From positions 3,149,967 through 3,213,966 of the forward strand of contig MU058636.1 in the NCBI GenBank assembly GCA_013265495.1: DNA of 64,000 nt, read 5' to 3'. Shown piece by piece: positions 13,093-25,607 of this stretch; the stretch's first letter is position 1; every line of letters begins with the position of its first letter. The notes under the pieces were generated by a model. That model was not told the DNA's origin. It saw only the letters and a program-made list of their open reading frames with translations, and made no database searches. This DNA comes from Vicugna vicugna. Lineage: Eukaryota. Position numbers and translations under genes: made by a program.

Positions 13093-13780
13093 GACGTAAA
13101 TTGGTGCAGCCAATATGGAAAATCTCCACTATGGAGAGTCCCTAAAACTAAACAGAGTTACCACACAACCTAGCAAGCCCACTCCTGGGCACATTTCCGG
13201 GGAAAACTCTAATTTGAAAACATACACGTATCCCAGTGTTCATGGGAGCACTGTTTGTAATAGCCGAGACACGGAAGCAACGTGGACGTCCCACAACGGG
13301 TGACTGGATAAGGAAGTTGTGGTGTAGATGCACAATGGGGGGACTACTCAGCCATAAGAAAGAATAAAATAATGCCATTTGCACCAACGTGGATGGATCA
13401 TACTAAGTGAAGTAAGTCAGACAAAGACAAATACCATAAACCACTTATATGTGGAACCTAAAAAAATGATACAAATGAACTTATTTACAAAATAGAAAGA
13501 GACTCACGGACTTAGAAAATAAACTCACGGTTACCAAAGGGGAAAGGTGGGGAGAGGCAAAAATTAGGAGTTTGGGATTAGCAGGTACAAACTAATACAC
13601 TATATATAAAATAAACAACAAGGTCCTCCTGTACAGCACAGGGAACTATATCCAATAGCTTGTAATAACCTATAATGAAAAAGAATATGTATATGTGTAT
13701 AGGTGTGTATAACTGAATCACTGTGCTGTACACCAGAGACTAACACAACATGGTCAATTGACTAAGCTTCTATAAAATAA
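13093..13780 (+). mobile_element. 5'-truncated L1 (cetartiodactyl/camelid type) with 16-bp TSD
   Basis: L1 ORF2 end and 3'UTR (taaattggtgcagcc...gggaactatatccaatagcttgtaataacc...). TSD aagaaggcccagatca at 13077-13092 and 13781-13796. Confidence 0.95.
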
Positions 13781-14066
13781 AAGAAGGCCCAGATCAAGGT
13801 ATTTCTGAGCCCAGGGATGATGGGCTTTCTAATTTTCAAAAAAGTGTCAAACAAGTCATTACCTCACTTAAGGTTTGAAAGCTCCATGGAGTTAGTCCTC
13901 CAAATTTAGGCGAAACGTAGTATCTTACTCTTTGAAGTCCTCCCAAGCGTGAGCAGTAGTGAAGGGTTTTTGGAAGCCCACCTGCGCATCTCTGCTGACT
14001 CCTTGGGAACCTGGCACTGGTCACCTTTAGGAACAACCAATACGATTCAGAGTAAGCAATGCTCAG

Positions 14067-14218
14067 ATCGCAGGGAACTATATTCAGTATCTTGTAATAA
14101 CCTTTAATGAAAATGAATATGAAAATGAATATATGTGTATATACATGCATGACTGGGACACTGTGCTGTACATCAGAAACTGACACATTGTAACTGACTG
14201 TACTTCAATTTAAAAAAA
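14067..14218 (+). mobile_element. Very short L1 3' tail with 16-bp TSD
   Basis: cagggaactatattcagtatcttgtaataacc...gactgggacactgtgctgtacatcagaaactgacacattg plus A tail. TSD agtaagcaatgctcag at 14051-14066 and 14219-14234. Confidence 0.93.
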
Positions 14219-14709
14219 AGTAAGCAATGCTCAGCCTAATAACAGGCTGTATTTCCAAATATCCATGTGTAAACAGGATGTTTGGGGTAAGGGAGGAATT
14301 TCTGCAAATAAACAATGGTGTTGGGCAGAGGCTAGCCCACAGAGGCCAACTAGCACATGCCTTAACTCTAGTACACAAACATCTAAAGAATCTATGGCAA
14401 ACACTCTGTGGGGCTTGGCACAGCCATGGACTTGGGGGTTGCCTCTGAATTTATTGGGGAGCTATGAATGAATTTTCTTCTTGGGAGTTACCTGTTGAAA
14501 GTGATGCTTTGAGACAGTGAATCTGGATGTCTTATGTGGTGTAGACTGAAGTAGAGAGACCAGTAAGGGTGGACGTTGCAAAATTTGAGTTTTAAGTTGA
14601 TAGAGGCTTGAACTGAAATAAGGTAGTTACAATTGAAATAGATAAAAATTCATTTATTCTCATTAATTCAACCAATTCTTATTGAACCTCTCTGTACCCT
14701 GGAGATTTT

Positions 14710-15353
14710 TTCATTCATTCTTCAATTATTAGAAAAATACTTATCGAGCATCTATTATGTGTGGGGGACAGTGTTACCCTCCAGAGACACAGTGGACCTT
14801 CTCTTTATGAAAGTCCACAATATAGAAACAAATACAGATGTTAAAACTAATAATTACCAGTGTGATGTAGGAGAGGGAGAGGAAGGGAAAGGTGCAATGG
14901 AACTGCAGCCCAGGAGAAGAATGAGTGTGTGGATGATTAGGAAAAACCTCACCAAGGAAGGAGGACTTACAGACTGGAGGACTAAGTTGGCATCACTCTG
15001 ATATAGAAGTGAGAAAGGAATATTTCAGCAGAAGAAACAGTACATACAAAGTTTAGGAGGGAAGAGAGAGTAAGCATGTGTGAAGACCAAAAGGACATTT
15101 TAATGTGGTGGAAGCAGAGTACACCTGAGAAGCTGGAAGCAGGTGCCAGGTTGCCACAGGCTTTGGAAAGCACAGAAAGGAGTTCTGCCTGAATGTTAAG
15201 GCTACTGTACCTTTTAAACAGGGTAGTTACGCGATCATATTGAGGTGAGTTTTTTTATCTTAAATCATTCTTGGTACAACCTGGAGGAGGGGTGGCAGAG
15301 AAGGAAGACTGGAGGCAAGAAGACCAGTTAGGAGGTTACTGATGGAGCCCAAG
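14710..15353 (-). mobile_element. L2 (left part, interrupted by solo LTR)
   Basis: cattcattc...aaaatacttatcgagcatctattatgtg and gactggaggcaagaagaccagttaggaggttact are antisense L2 motifs. Confidence 0.8.
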
Positions 15354-15870
15354 TGTAGTAGGCAAGAACAAATCTGACTCCAGACTAGATCTGTTCCTTT
15401 GGCTCTAACCTTGTGCTCTGTTTCCATGCTGAGTCTCGCTGGTTCTGCACCTTTTGTAAAAGAATGCTGCCTCTAGCTCGACATATACAGGATACCTATT
15501 CTCAAGGCTCTGTCCTATAAGGGTATAACACTTTCCCATCCATATAAAGATAAAAAGTTGCAGAATAGAAATAACATTTGACTTGTTGGAGGTTTGCAGG
15601 GACACCATGACCTGACCTATGGGGACAACTGCAAGAACAAAGGATTCTGACACCAAGAAGTTTGCAACAACCAACCAAACCTCCTCCCCTTTTTGAAATA
15701 AAGGGAGCCTGAGTTCTGACTTGGAGAAGATGGTTCTCCAGGACATCAGTCTGCCATCTTATTGGTCTGCCAGCTTTCCAAATAAAGTTATTATTCCTTG
15801 CCCCAACACCTTGTCTCCTGATTTAGTGGCCTGTTGTACAGCGAGCAGAATGAGTTTGGACTTGGTAACA
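15354..15870 (+). mobile_element. Solo ERV LTR (ERV1-like), 517 bp, TG...CA with 4-bp TSD
   Basis: Begins tgtagtagg and ends ttggtaaca; caag on both sides (15350-15353, 15871-15874); aataaa at 15781 near the 3' end. Confidence 0.85.
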
Positions 15871-15874
15871 CAAG

Positions 15875-16075
15875 TGAGCATGCACAGTAGCCTAAACTTG
15901 GTGGTGGTGGTGGTGGTGGTGGTAGAGACAGTCCAACATTCTAGGGATACAGAAGAGGTTGACCAGTCAAGCCTTGGTAATGAGCAGGATCTTGGAGGTG
16001 AGAGAGAAAGAGAAATCAAGGGTGACTCCTAGGTGTTGGGTGTCAGCCAGTGGGTAGATCTTGGAGTCAATTACT
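15875..16075 (-). mobile_element. L2 (right part); contains a (TGG)~8 microsatellite at 15899-15923
   Basis: gagagaaagagaaatcaagggtgactcctaggtgttggg continues the antisense L2. Confidence 0.7.
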
Positions 16076-16082
16076 GAAGAAG

Positions 16083-16240
16083 TACCCTCATCTGAACTTG
16101 GTTTCATCTGCAAAGACTCTATTTTGAAAAAAGTTTCCATTCGCAGGTACGAGGGACTGTAGGCAGGAGTTGTACATACTTCATACATATATAAGGACTT
16201 GAACATACCTTTTTGTGGGACACAGTTCAACCCACTATAG
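16083..16240 (-). mobile_element. MLT1 LTR 5' fragment
   Basis: catctgcaaagactctattttg...aggacttgaacatacctttttgtgggacacagttcaacccactata. Confidence 0.8.
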
Positions 16241-16994
16241 TATCCTTCTCTTTCTAGCACCAGGCTTGGTGCCTAATGCCCAACAGATGCTCAAATGTGT
16301 TTATTTAATTGCATCAGTAGCCTATCACGTCAGAAGAAGGAAGACGAGGGCCTTTGCTGAAACGCATTATGATTTGTGTCTGATATGCAGGTCCTAAGGT
16401 CAGTTCTGGGAAGGATTTGACAGCTCACGATCATCAGCATTTCTTTGATGAATCCTTCTCAATTAGTAAGTGAATCTTACAGTCTTTCATGCCCAGTTAT
16501 AGGGTCTATTGAAGCCTTTCTCCTTCCAAAGGAAGCCAATTACTTCACCAAGAAAAATTCTAAAATGAAATTAAGCTTTTGATCATCTATGTCCTGAAGC
16601 CTTAATATGGATGCCTTCTTCCCAGCACATTAAGAATTCTCCAAGAATAGGTACAACTTTATGGAGGGATAGTCGCATTATCTACCAAAGTTAATAATTT
16701 ATGTACCCTTTTACCCAGTGGTTCTAGTTCTAGGAATTTGTTCTATGGATACACTCATGCATGGAAAAATACACATTTTTCTTTTTTAAATCACAGCATA
16801 TTTCATCTAGAGAAGACTAGATAAATAAATAATGATCTCTCCAGACAGTGAAATAGTATCACATCATTTATGATTGGATTCTACTGTGTGTAGCAAAAAT
16901 TTGACTACTCTGGATTTAATAAATAAAAAGTTTCTTTTCCCAGATAAGAAGTTCAGAGGTTGGTGGCCTGGAGCAGATGTGATGGCGCCTACCC

Positions 16995-17184
16995 CATTCC
17001 TTAAATCAGAAAAGAGTCTAAATCTCAGCTACCCAACTTGCCCGTGGGTTCCCCATTCTTCTGGGCTCCTATAGGAACGTAATCAAGTTTGTTTTTCTCC
17101 TGTTAACCTGTCTGATGTTAATTTGATTATCAGATCAGCCAAAGAACCAAGAAGGATAGAGGAAAATGGTCTCCTTCTCTATAC
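16995..17184 (+). mobile_element. ERV1 LTR 3' fragment (MER34/MER39-like)
   Basis: tttttctcctgttaacctgtctgatgttaatttgattatcagatcagccaaagaaccaagaaggatagaggaaaa. Confidence 0.65.
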
Positions 17185-18504
17185 TGTGTACACTTGGTAT
17201 TTATGAAATTAGTCCCATTTATGAGAAGTTGGTATGTTCGCACAGCTAACAGGTCAGCCTTGTGATTCCAACTTGATATGTAATTGAGTGATTGATTTCA
17301 ATGTAAGATTTTAAGCTGAAAAATGTAAGAGAATAAAGTTAGTAAACAATATTGAAATGCCTAAGAGAATTGGAGTCACCGTACTTCTAAGTTTAACTTA
17401 TGTGTATAAAAATCACCTAATTTTAGGGAAGATTCTGTTAGTCTACTTGGAGTACTAAGAAAAAAACTAGAATTATTTATAAATGTTGAAAGAAATTTAA
17501 TTAACTAAATTTTAGAAGGATTTTGAAAGTAATTGTTAAAATATACGAATTTTGAAAACAATTATAAGACTTATAATTTCAAAGCCCAAGGAAAGAGAAG
17601 TTCTTTTTAGTTTGTAACTTAAATTAAATATTAGCTGAAGTAACAAAATAACCATAAACTACTTTTTTTCCCCCACTTCTCAAAGGTGCATTCAAAGAGC
17701 TGAAAAATTCTCATTCTCATCTTTGAGGCCAAAACAGTGGAAAAGCTTCTCAAGGTCCCCCTGTGACTGGCCTTGCTGGCTGCTGGGTTTCCCCCAGGAC
17801 AGCCTTCCCTCATTCCTGTGCTGAGCACCACAGGGACCCCACCTGCACGGACCCCCTCCCACCCCCTTATCCTTCTTTGCCTGCTCTTCTTTGTAGCACT
17901 AATCATCTTCAAACATACTTTATAATGGATTTTTTACAAGTTATTTATTTGGGTTTTTGGTGTTAAAATGTAACATAAAACTTACCATTTTAATGCTTTA
18001 ATTACAAGTACACTCACAATGTGGTGGGACCATCAGGTCACTTTTTCATTGTGGTGGTTGTTTATTGTGACCTTCCCCTCGAGAAGGTAGGCACCAGCAG
18101 GGCAGGGATCCTGTTTTGTTCACTGATGTCTTCAAGCACCTGGCCCAGTGTGCTCACCACCCGAGTGGTCAGCGAGTTCCGGCGGGGACCTGACAACTCC
18201 CCAGGAAGGGCGCTGTGTGACTCCAAACCCTGTCAGTTCCTGGGAACAAAGGAGGAGACAGCCCTTCCCGCCCCTCTCTTCTCTTCGCAGGAAATCAGGA
18301 AAAGCACCAAGAAGAGAAAACTCCAAGTTCCCAGACATGGGGAAGGGAGGGAGGTGGGAAAGGCAGGTACCTGGTGTTTTTCCTAAGCCACAGCTCACAG
18401 CAGCTCCCCTTATCCCACTGCAAGACTTCCCTGACTCTGTGAACTTGCAGTCTTATTAGAAGGACCCAATATCCTCATTTTTCTATCCTTCATGGCCACT
18501 CATC

Positions 18505-18600
18505 TTTTTTTTAATGTTCTTTTTTTTTTAATTGAAGTAGAGTCAGTTACAATGTGTCAGTTTCGGGTGTACAGCATCATGTCCCAGTCACATATACAAT
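18505..18600 (-). mobile_element. L1 3' tip with poly(T)
   Basis: ttttttaattgaagtagagtcagttacaatgtgtcagtttcgggtgtacagcatcatgtcccagtca is the reverse complement of the tail type at 14067-14218. Confidence 0.85.
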
Positions 18601-18879
18601 TAAAACTAGAAGTCCCCTGGAGCAAGCTCCTGTGACCCACCCCCGTGACCTACAGCATCAACCCCGAGCACCTACCCCTTGTTAACCCTGAAGCTGGTTG
18701 CCCTAAAGGAATTTCCAAAGGCAGGGCACCTCTTTAGGTCCGTATCTGTCTGCAAACTCTTTGTTACCAGCCCACGATGAGAAATTGAGAGCAATCAGTA
18801 GAAACCTTCACAGCAATCTTACAGAATATTTTTATGTTGTTGACTTTAGAATAAAAATTGGCACTTATATATTTTATAC

Positions 18880-19015
18880 ATCTGCTTCTTATTTCTATCT
18901 TTATGTTACATATGGGGAACTGGAGGCACAGAGTCTGCTACTTGCTTGAGGTCATACAACTAGTCCGTGGCAGAGCTGTGATTTTTAACCCAGGCATCTT
19001 GGATCCAGAATATGT
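18880..19015 (-). mobile_element. MIR fragment
   Basis: ttacatatggggaactggaggcacagag...cttgcttgaggtcatacaactagtccgtggcagagctg. Confidence 0.75.
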
Positions 19016-19294
19016 ACTAAATTGCCAATCCATGACCACAACCATGAAATAATGTTCAAATCTGATTGAGGTCAGGAAAATACAAAATAGACTAACAACA
19101 AACAATGTGTCACTGTTGGTAGTGGTGGTGATGGTGGTGGGGGGACCTGGAAACTAATGAACACTCATCAGTGGAGAGGAATTGGCTTCAGTGTGGAACC
19201 TTCTCCCAGTAGTTCGCTGGAGCCAGCTCCAGACATAGGGCACGTGTCACTTACCAGCCCAGCCCAGCCCACTCTATCCGACCAGCATGTCTGT

Positions 19295-19397
19295 AGCTTT
19301 AAATGAGCCTGGGTGGGAAGACATAGGGCACAGACATCAGCAAACACTGCCAATCAGGGTTTTCCCTGATAGCTGGTTGTTAAACATTTACCAGCAC
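19295..19397 (+). mobile_element. MER63 (hAT-Blackjack) terminal fragment
   Basis: atcagcaaacactgccaatcagggttttccctgatagctggttgttaaacatttaccagcac matches the MER63 end. Confidence 0.7.
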
Positions 19398-20361
19398 AAA
19401 ATTGCCTCCACCCCATAAAATGATATACAGTCATTAAAAATCGTGCAGCAGACCAGTTACCTGGTAGGTATTTTCATGAGGCTTTATTGGGTGGAATAAG
19501 AGAAATACGCATGCAATCCCGTTTTGATACAAATAATGAAAAAATCCTTACAGAAATATATGTGTGTTAATGTTTTATATGATTGCATCAGTTTGGAGGA
19601 AAGAAGGATTTATAGGGAAGGGGTAATGTCATTAGGCGTAATGGGCGAGAGGAAAAGTTTTTTTTAATGATTCCATACGTTACTCACATACACACACCTT
19701 ACACATACATGTGTTCATAAAGAAATTAAGGAACAAAGACCAAGTTAAGTCTGTCCTAACCACAGACATGCAGGGGTGCCTATTGTATATCCTCAAATAA
19801 AAAGGCAAGCTGAAGAGCCATCTGCTTAGTGAGATTTCATTTCAGCAAAAAGAAAGAAACCAAAACCCCAATATATGTGCGTGTTTACCTGTATGAGCAA
19901 CATACAAGTCTGTAAAGTGCAGAGACTGGATGTCTCAGGAGAGCAGGACTGGAGGTCTGTAACAGTGAGCTTCTCGTCATCTGTCTTTAAACTGTTTCAC
20001 CTGTTACAACCAACATGTTGCATCCTCATAATTTGAGACTAGCACAGAAGGCTCCAGATGATGTGTTAAGATTACTGGCAAATGCTGACGATTTCAAGCA
20101 AAGTTAGATGAACATTGACCATGTTTGCCTCTGAAGGCTATTCGTCTAGTCTTGCAGGGTTACAGACGGTCACGTGGCCCAAAGGGTGTTCACAAACAAC
20201 ACATCCTTCCCAGCATCAGGGAGGTGCCTTCTGAGGCCCTTCCTGCTGACTCCACAGCAAGGATATCAAGTTGGACACTGCCAGCCTTTACCTGCTGGAA
20301 GTCCTCCTCCGGGCATGGGTTTGTATACAGTTCCTTTGCCACATCAGAGTCTTTTGTTGTT

Positions 20362-20882
20362 GTTGTTGAAGTGTAGTTGATTCACAATGTCAGTTTCAGG
20401 TGTACAGCAAAGCAATTCAATTATACACACACATACATGTATGTTTTTTTCTTTTCAGATTCTTTTCCATTATCTATTACAAGAAATTGGATATAGCTCC
20501 CTATATAATACACAGTATGCTATACAGTAGGTCCTTGTTGTTTATCTATTATATGTATAGTAATGTGTATCTATAATCTGAAACTCCTAATTTACCCTCT
20601 CCCACACTTTCCCCTTTGGTAACCATAGTTTGTTTTCTATGTCTGTGAGTCTGGTTTTGGTTTGTAAATAGAATTTATATAATTTTTTTTAGATTCCACA
20701 TATAACTGATTTCATAGGATATTTCTCTTTGAATTACTTCACTTAGTATGATCATCTCTAGGTCCATCTATGTTGCTGCAAGGGGCATTATTTCATCCTT
20801 TTTATGGCTGAATAATATTCCTTTGTGTAAATATACCACAACTTCTTTATCCAGTCATCTGTCAATGAACATTTAGATTGTG
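20362..20882 (-). mobile_element. L1 3' end (camelid/cetartiodactyl type)
   Basis: gaagtgtagttgattcacaatg...cccctttggtaaccatagtttg...acttctttatccagtcatctgtcaatg. Confidence 0.92.
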
Positions 20883-21194
20883 TGTTAGCATCTTTAACAA
20901 CATGCTTGTGCACAATTAAGAGATCTCCAGTCCCTGAAAATGGAGGCATGTGCAACTGTGACATGGCCAAATGACTCCCAGCGGGAGCCCCAGGCAGAAC
21001 CAGCTGGCACTGACACGCCCATCTTAGCATCCTTGATGGCTGTGAGCACCTTCTCGTCTCTGCAGGAAAAGCTTATCTTTTGCAAATGGAATGGGAATTA
21101 TGTTTAGGGGTTCAGAAATGCTCTTTCCACATCTACATGGCTTGGGGTACATTTGACCAAGATCCGTGGGTTTGGGTGGATCTAGTTGTAGTGT

Positions 21195-21420
21195 GTTGAG
21201 GAGCAGAAGCCTGAACCTACGGACAGACTCCACTCTGCCACCAGCTATGGGGTCTCAGACAAGTCAGAACCTCTTTGTGGGTCAGTATTCTCATCGCTAA
21301 CGTAAGGATTGTAAAACCTGTTTCTCCTTTCTCATGGACCATTGTGAGAATTAAACTAGAAAATGTGTAAGAAGATGCTTCACAGATCATAAAGCACTTT
21401 AGATGCATGAGATGTTATTG
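21195..21420 (+). mobile_element. MIR (MIRc/MIR3-like)
   Basis: ctctgccaccagctatggggtctcagacaagtcagaacctct...attgtgagaattaaactagaaaatgtg. Confidence 0.7.
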
Positions 21421-21999
21421 CTTTGCTGTGTTATAAGAAATGAGAAAGCTCCTCTGAAGGGTCCCCTATTCTCAGGCACATATTTGTAATATTCATAAAA
21501 TCTGTATCTATGTCTATCTGTCTATCCAACTACCTCCAATCTGAACTCATTCATAGTTAATCCAAATTCCCTGGGAAATCATTTTGTAATGTTGAATGAA
21601 GTTCCCTCAAGAGATTCTGTTGATATAAGTGCAGCAGCAAAAAAAATAAATAAATAAAAGGGAATAAAAAGCAATGTTTGCCATCAATAAATAGGCATTT
21701 TGAAGAGAAGCTTTCTTCTTGGCTGTAGTTATGTCTGCTTGGCACTATGCAACGCCTTTTTTTCTGCAAGGTTTTCTCCTTGTTTCTGAAATGGGAGCTT
21801 TGGGAACAGGCTTAGTACAATGTGCTGCTTGAGACTTTTAAAATGCAAATAAGTCTTTCAATTCAAAGTTCAGAATATACTTCTAAATTTAAGCGATATC
21901 CACTTTAAATTTTTGGAAAGCAATCTGGCCAAGATGATTAAAATTAAAAATAATAATCTCTCGAGCTATAAATGTGACAGAGCACGTCATGAAGCCAAC

Positions 22000-22130
22000 C
22001 TCCACTGACTGCCTCCCGAGTGCCGGGCGCAAGGCTGAACGTTTGGCACAGATGAGCTCATTTAATGCTCACAACTCAGTGAGTAGGTATGTTTTTATTC
22101 CCTATTTTGCCAATGAGGAGAGCTGAGCTG
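22000..22130 (-). mobile_element. MIR fragment
   Basis: ctcatttaatgctcacaactcagtgagtaggtatgtttttattccctattttgccaatgagga. Confidence 0.75.
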
Positions 22131-23172
22131 GTTTACTTTCAACAAGGAAGGACTCCACCTTCCCCGCAAGTGTGTGCGTGGAAACATCCCTGCGAAAGTG
22201 GGTATTGGTTACATTAAGGGCACCACCGAGCCCTGACGGATGGGCCAGGAACACGGGCAGAGCCCCCCTTTCTAGACACAGACAATGTGCGAGACCCTCT
22301 TCACAAAGCGTCTCCTTCAATCTCCCACCACCCCACCATTCCCAGAGAGGGAAAGGAGGCTCAGAAATGGTATATTTGCATATCTGCGTATTGCAGAAAG
22401 GGCATATTCTCATATTTGCTGAGCTATTTCTTGGCTGCCAGACCTTATACAAGGCACTTTCCAGCAGTTTTCTCAATTAAACAACTAAGGAAAGTCAGAA
22501 AATGCATATAATAAACAAACATGGGGGAAACGGCCAACATCACGAGTGGTACAAACTTACAACTTCGAACATCAGTGAGGTACCAGTAACAAAGTTAAAA
22601 TGCCAACGGGAGTGACTTCAGAGTGCAACTGATTTATGTTTCTAGTGCAGGTGGCGCTTTTATGACCAAACGCTAAGTAGAGAAGCCAGATATAAACGTA
22701 CGTGTGTTTCTCTCTAAGGTGACCCACGGCGTGAAGGGGGCGCAGCAAGGCGAAACAGCTGCTGTGCTAGTGTGAAATGACATTTTTAAGGCTCTCAAAT
22801 TGTCTTTACTATTTTATAACATTGTTTTTCCAATACATAAAACTGAGAGAGAAAGAGACTTTATCATCCCATTGCACCATTTTACAACTGAGGGTTGGAT
22901 TCCCAACTCAGATAATTCAGGGCTATCACCAATAACTGACCAAAAAGCCAAGATTCAGTCATTTTTAACCACTGCCTTCACCTGAGATATTAAAAGTTGG
23001 CTCTCAGGTAAAGAATTTGATGACCCTCATTCAGCCCCTTCATTCTCTTGTTGAGGAAAACGGAGGCCCAGAGACTTGGATTTCCTTGTCAGGGTCGTGC
23101 CGTTGCCTGTGGAGCTGCAGCGAAGGTCTGCTGTTTCATTTTATACAAACTCCATAAAATGAAAACGCATAT

Positions 23173-23966
23173 ACTGTTTCTATGAAACCACCATGAGTGT
23201 TTTACCACCAGCACTTCCGACCCCACGCGTGTGGTGTTTTTCCCAACACCAGCAAAATTTCCAACTCTCTGGACACCAGCAGGGAGTCCAACAATTCCAT
23301 CTAATTGTGACTCTAACTCCAGGAAGCTGGTTCAGACCCCACAGGTTAGGAGCTCAGTCCTGCAAGACGGTCCCTGCTTCAGACACCAGTCCCAAGCCCC
23401 GGCTTGTCCTCGTACTTCTGGCCAACTGGCAATAAGCCTGGGGTTCCCATGAGCCCCTCCCCAGCTTCAGTAATTTGTTAGAATGGCTCACAGGGCTCAA
23501 GAAAATGACACATTTATTATTACTGGTTTATTGTAAAGGAGGTTATAAAGGATAAAAATGAACCACCAGATGAAGAGGTACATGACGTCTGGAAGGGTCC
23601 TGCGTGTGGGAGCTCCTGTTCCCATGGAGTTTGGGGTGCGCCGCCCTCCCAGCACACGGATGCATTCACCAACCCAGGAGCTCTTGGAACGCCATCATTT
23701 GGCGGCGGGTGGGGTTTGTGGAGATTTCATTAGTTAAACAATTGGCCGTGGGTGACTGAACTCGCCTGTCAGCCTCTCCTCACTCCCTGGAGGTTGGCGG
23801 GTGGGACTGAAAGGCCCAGTTCTCTAATCCTGCCCTTCTCTTTCTGGCCACCAGTCCCCATCCTGCAGCCACGGGGGAGGGAGCCTCCAGCCCCCAGTCA
23901 TCTCGTGAGCATACAACAGACACTGATACGAAACCAAATACATATTATTTCTTGCCATATCACACA
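23173..23966 (-). mobile_element. MER21 LTR
   Basis: ggacaccagc...cagaccccacaggttaggagctcagtcc...taatttgttagaatggctcacag...ccagatgaagaggtacat, ending ccaaatacatattatttcttgccatatcaca. Confidence 0.88.
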
Positions 23967-24084
23967 CCAAAAATTCATCATTAAAGAAGGTAGACCTCAG
24001 TATCCAAATGCCAGAGCAAGCGTGTCCCTCGGGTTCATTCTGGAACTTGTGGTTGGGTGTGTTGGTCACCGGGCTCCCTCTAAG

Positions 24085-24672
24085 CCAGGGGTTCTTGCCG
24101 TGGGGCCCCTGGGTCAGCTGGGTCACATCACCCGGGGACCTGTTAGAAATACACGTTCTCAAGCCCCGCCCACAATGTAGTGAGTCACGCACTGGGAGAG
24201 GGGACCCCGGCAGTCGGTCATTTAAGGAGGTCTCCCGGCGCTTCTGCTGCGTGGCGAGGGCTGAGAGCCGGGCTCCGAGGCAGTGCTTCTCGCCCGTCAC
24301 TGTGCGCGGAATCGCCTGAAGACCTAGTGAAAACGCAGGTTCTGAGCCAGCAGACCTCGGGGGCTGAGTTCAGAGAGAAAGGGCTCCTCACAAGCTCAGG
24401 ATGCGCCCATGCTGCTTCCTCGGGGGCCACGCGCGGAGGAGCAAGACCGTACGAAAGCCTCCTGCCCGCAGGCGAGCTGCGAATGGTTCCAGCTGCCCAA
24501 ATACACAGCGTGCGCCCTCGGTGTCCCCACGACCCCGTGCGGAGCAGGACCAGCAGCTCGGCATCCGCTGAAGCTTGTTGGACTCTTAGCACCACCACAG
24601 ACCCCTGAATCCAACCTGCGTTTAAATAAGATCCTCAGTTTGCCTGGAATATTAGCACTGGAAAGTACTCCT
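24085..24672. mobile_element. Cluster of three MER5A/MER5B (hAT-Charlie MITE) copies
   Basis: Copies at ~24085-24270 (catcacccggggacctgttagaaatacacgttctcaagccccgccc), ~24281-24455 (cagtgcttctc...gaatcgcctgaagacctagtgaaaacgcagg) and ~24560-24672 (gacccctgaatccaacctgcgtttaaataagatcc). Confidence 0.75.
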
Positions 24673-25102
24673 GCAGGCGAAGTGCTGAGCCAGCCGCCTC
24701 CAGCCCAGGCGGTCCGAGACCCTACCCTGTGTGACTTGTAGATGCTGTCATCTTCCGCTTTTGAAAAGGGCTGGTGGCTCGGGTGAAAAGCTAGGGTTTC
24801 ACGGGACACAACAGCCAAAGTGGGGGGCGAGGTGGAAGGCGGGGGACAGCTGTCTTGCAGAACTGCCTTTAAATGCGAATCTCTAAGAAATAAGGACTCC
24901 TGCCCCCAGAATTGATGTTGGTTTTTCCTCCAAGCAGTGCAACTCATCTCAGACGGGGGGCAGCTGGGTGACACTGAGGTTACCTTCACCCCCTCTTAAA
25001 CCTTCGCTCCCACCCACGATCCTGCTCCAGAAACAAAAGAAGCAGGAAAGAAACACATGATGAAGAAAGAATTCTATTTAGAAGCATTTTAGAACTGCCT
25101 AT

Positions 25103-25607
25103 GGTATTAGTTCCCTGTAGCTGATGTAACAAATTTCCACAAACTTAGTGGCTTAAAAGAACACAAATGTGCTAACTTACCGTTCTGGTGCTCAGAAGTC
25201 AGAAACTGGTTTCCCTGGCCTGAAGTCAAGGGGTAGGCAGGCTCGTTTGCCTCCTGCAGGTCTAGGAGAAAATATACTCCCTTGCCTTCTGCAGTTTCTA
25301 GAGGACGCCTGCATCCCTTGACTTGCGGCCCCTTCCTCCAGCTTCAACGCCAGCCACAGAGCATTTTCAAACCTTCCTCCTCTCCAACCTCTGCTTCCGT
25401 CAGCACATCTGCTTCTCTGATTCTGACTCTGCTGCCTCTCTTGTTCCCTTGTGATGACTTTGGCCCACCCAGATTATCCAGGGTCACCTCAAGGTCTTTA
25501 ACTTAATCACATCTGCAAAGTCCCTTTTGCTGTGTAGGGTAACATATTCACATGTTCCAGGGACTAGAATGTGGACATCTTTGGGGAGCATTATTCTGCT
25601 GACCACG
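25103..25607 (-). mobile_element. MLT1D-like LTR
   Basis: gtattagttccctgtagctgatgtaacaaatttccacaaacttagtggcttaaaagaacac...gtggacatctttggggagcattattctgctgaccac. Confidence 0.92.
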
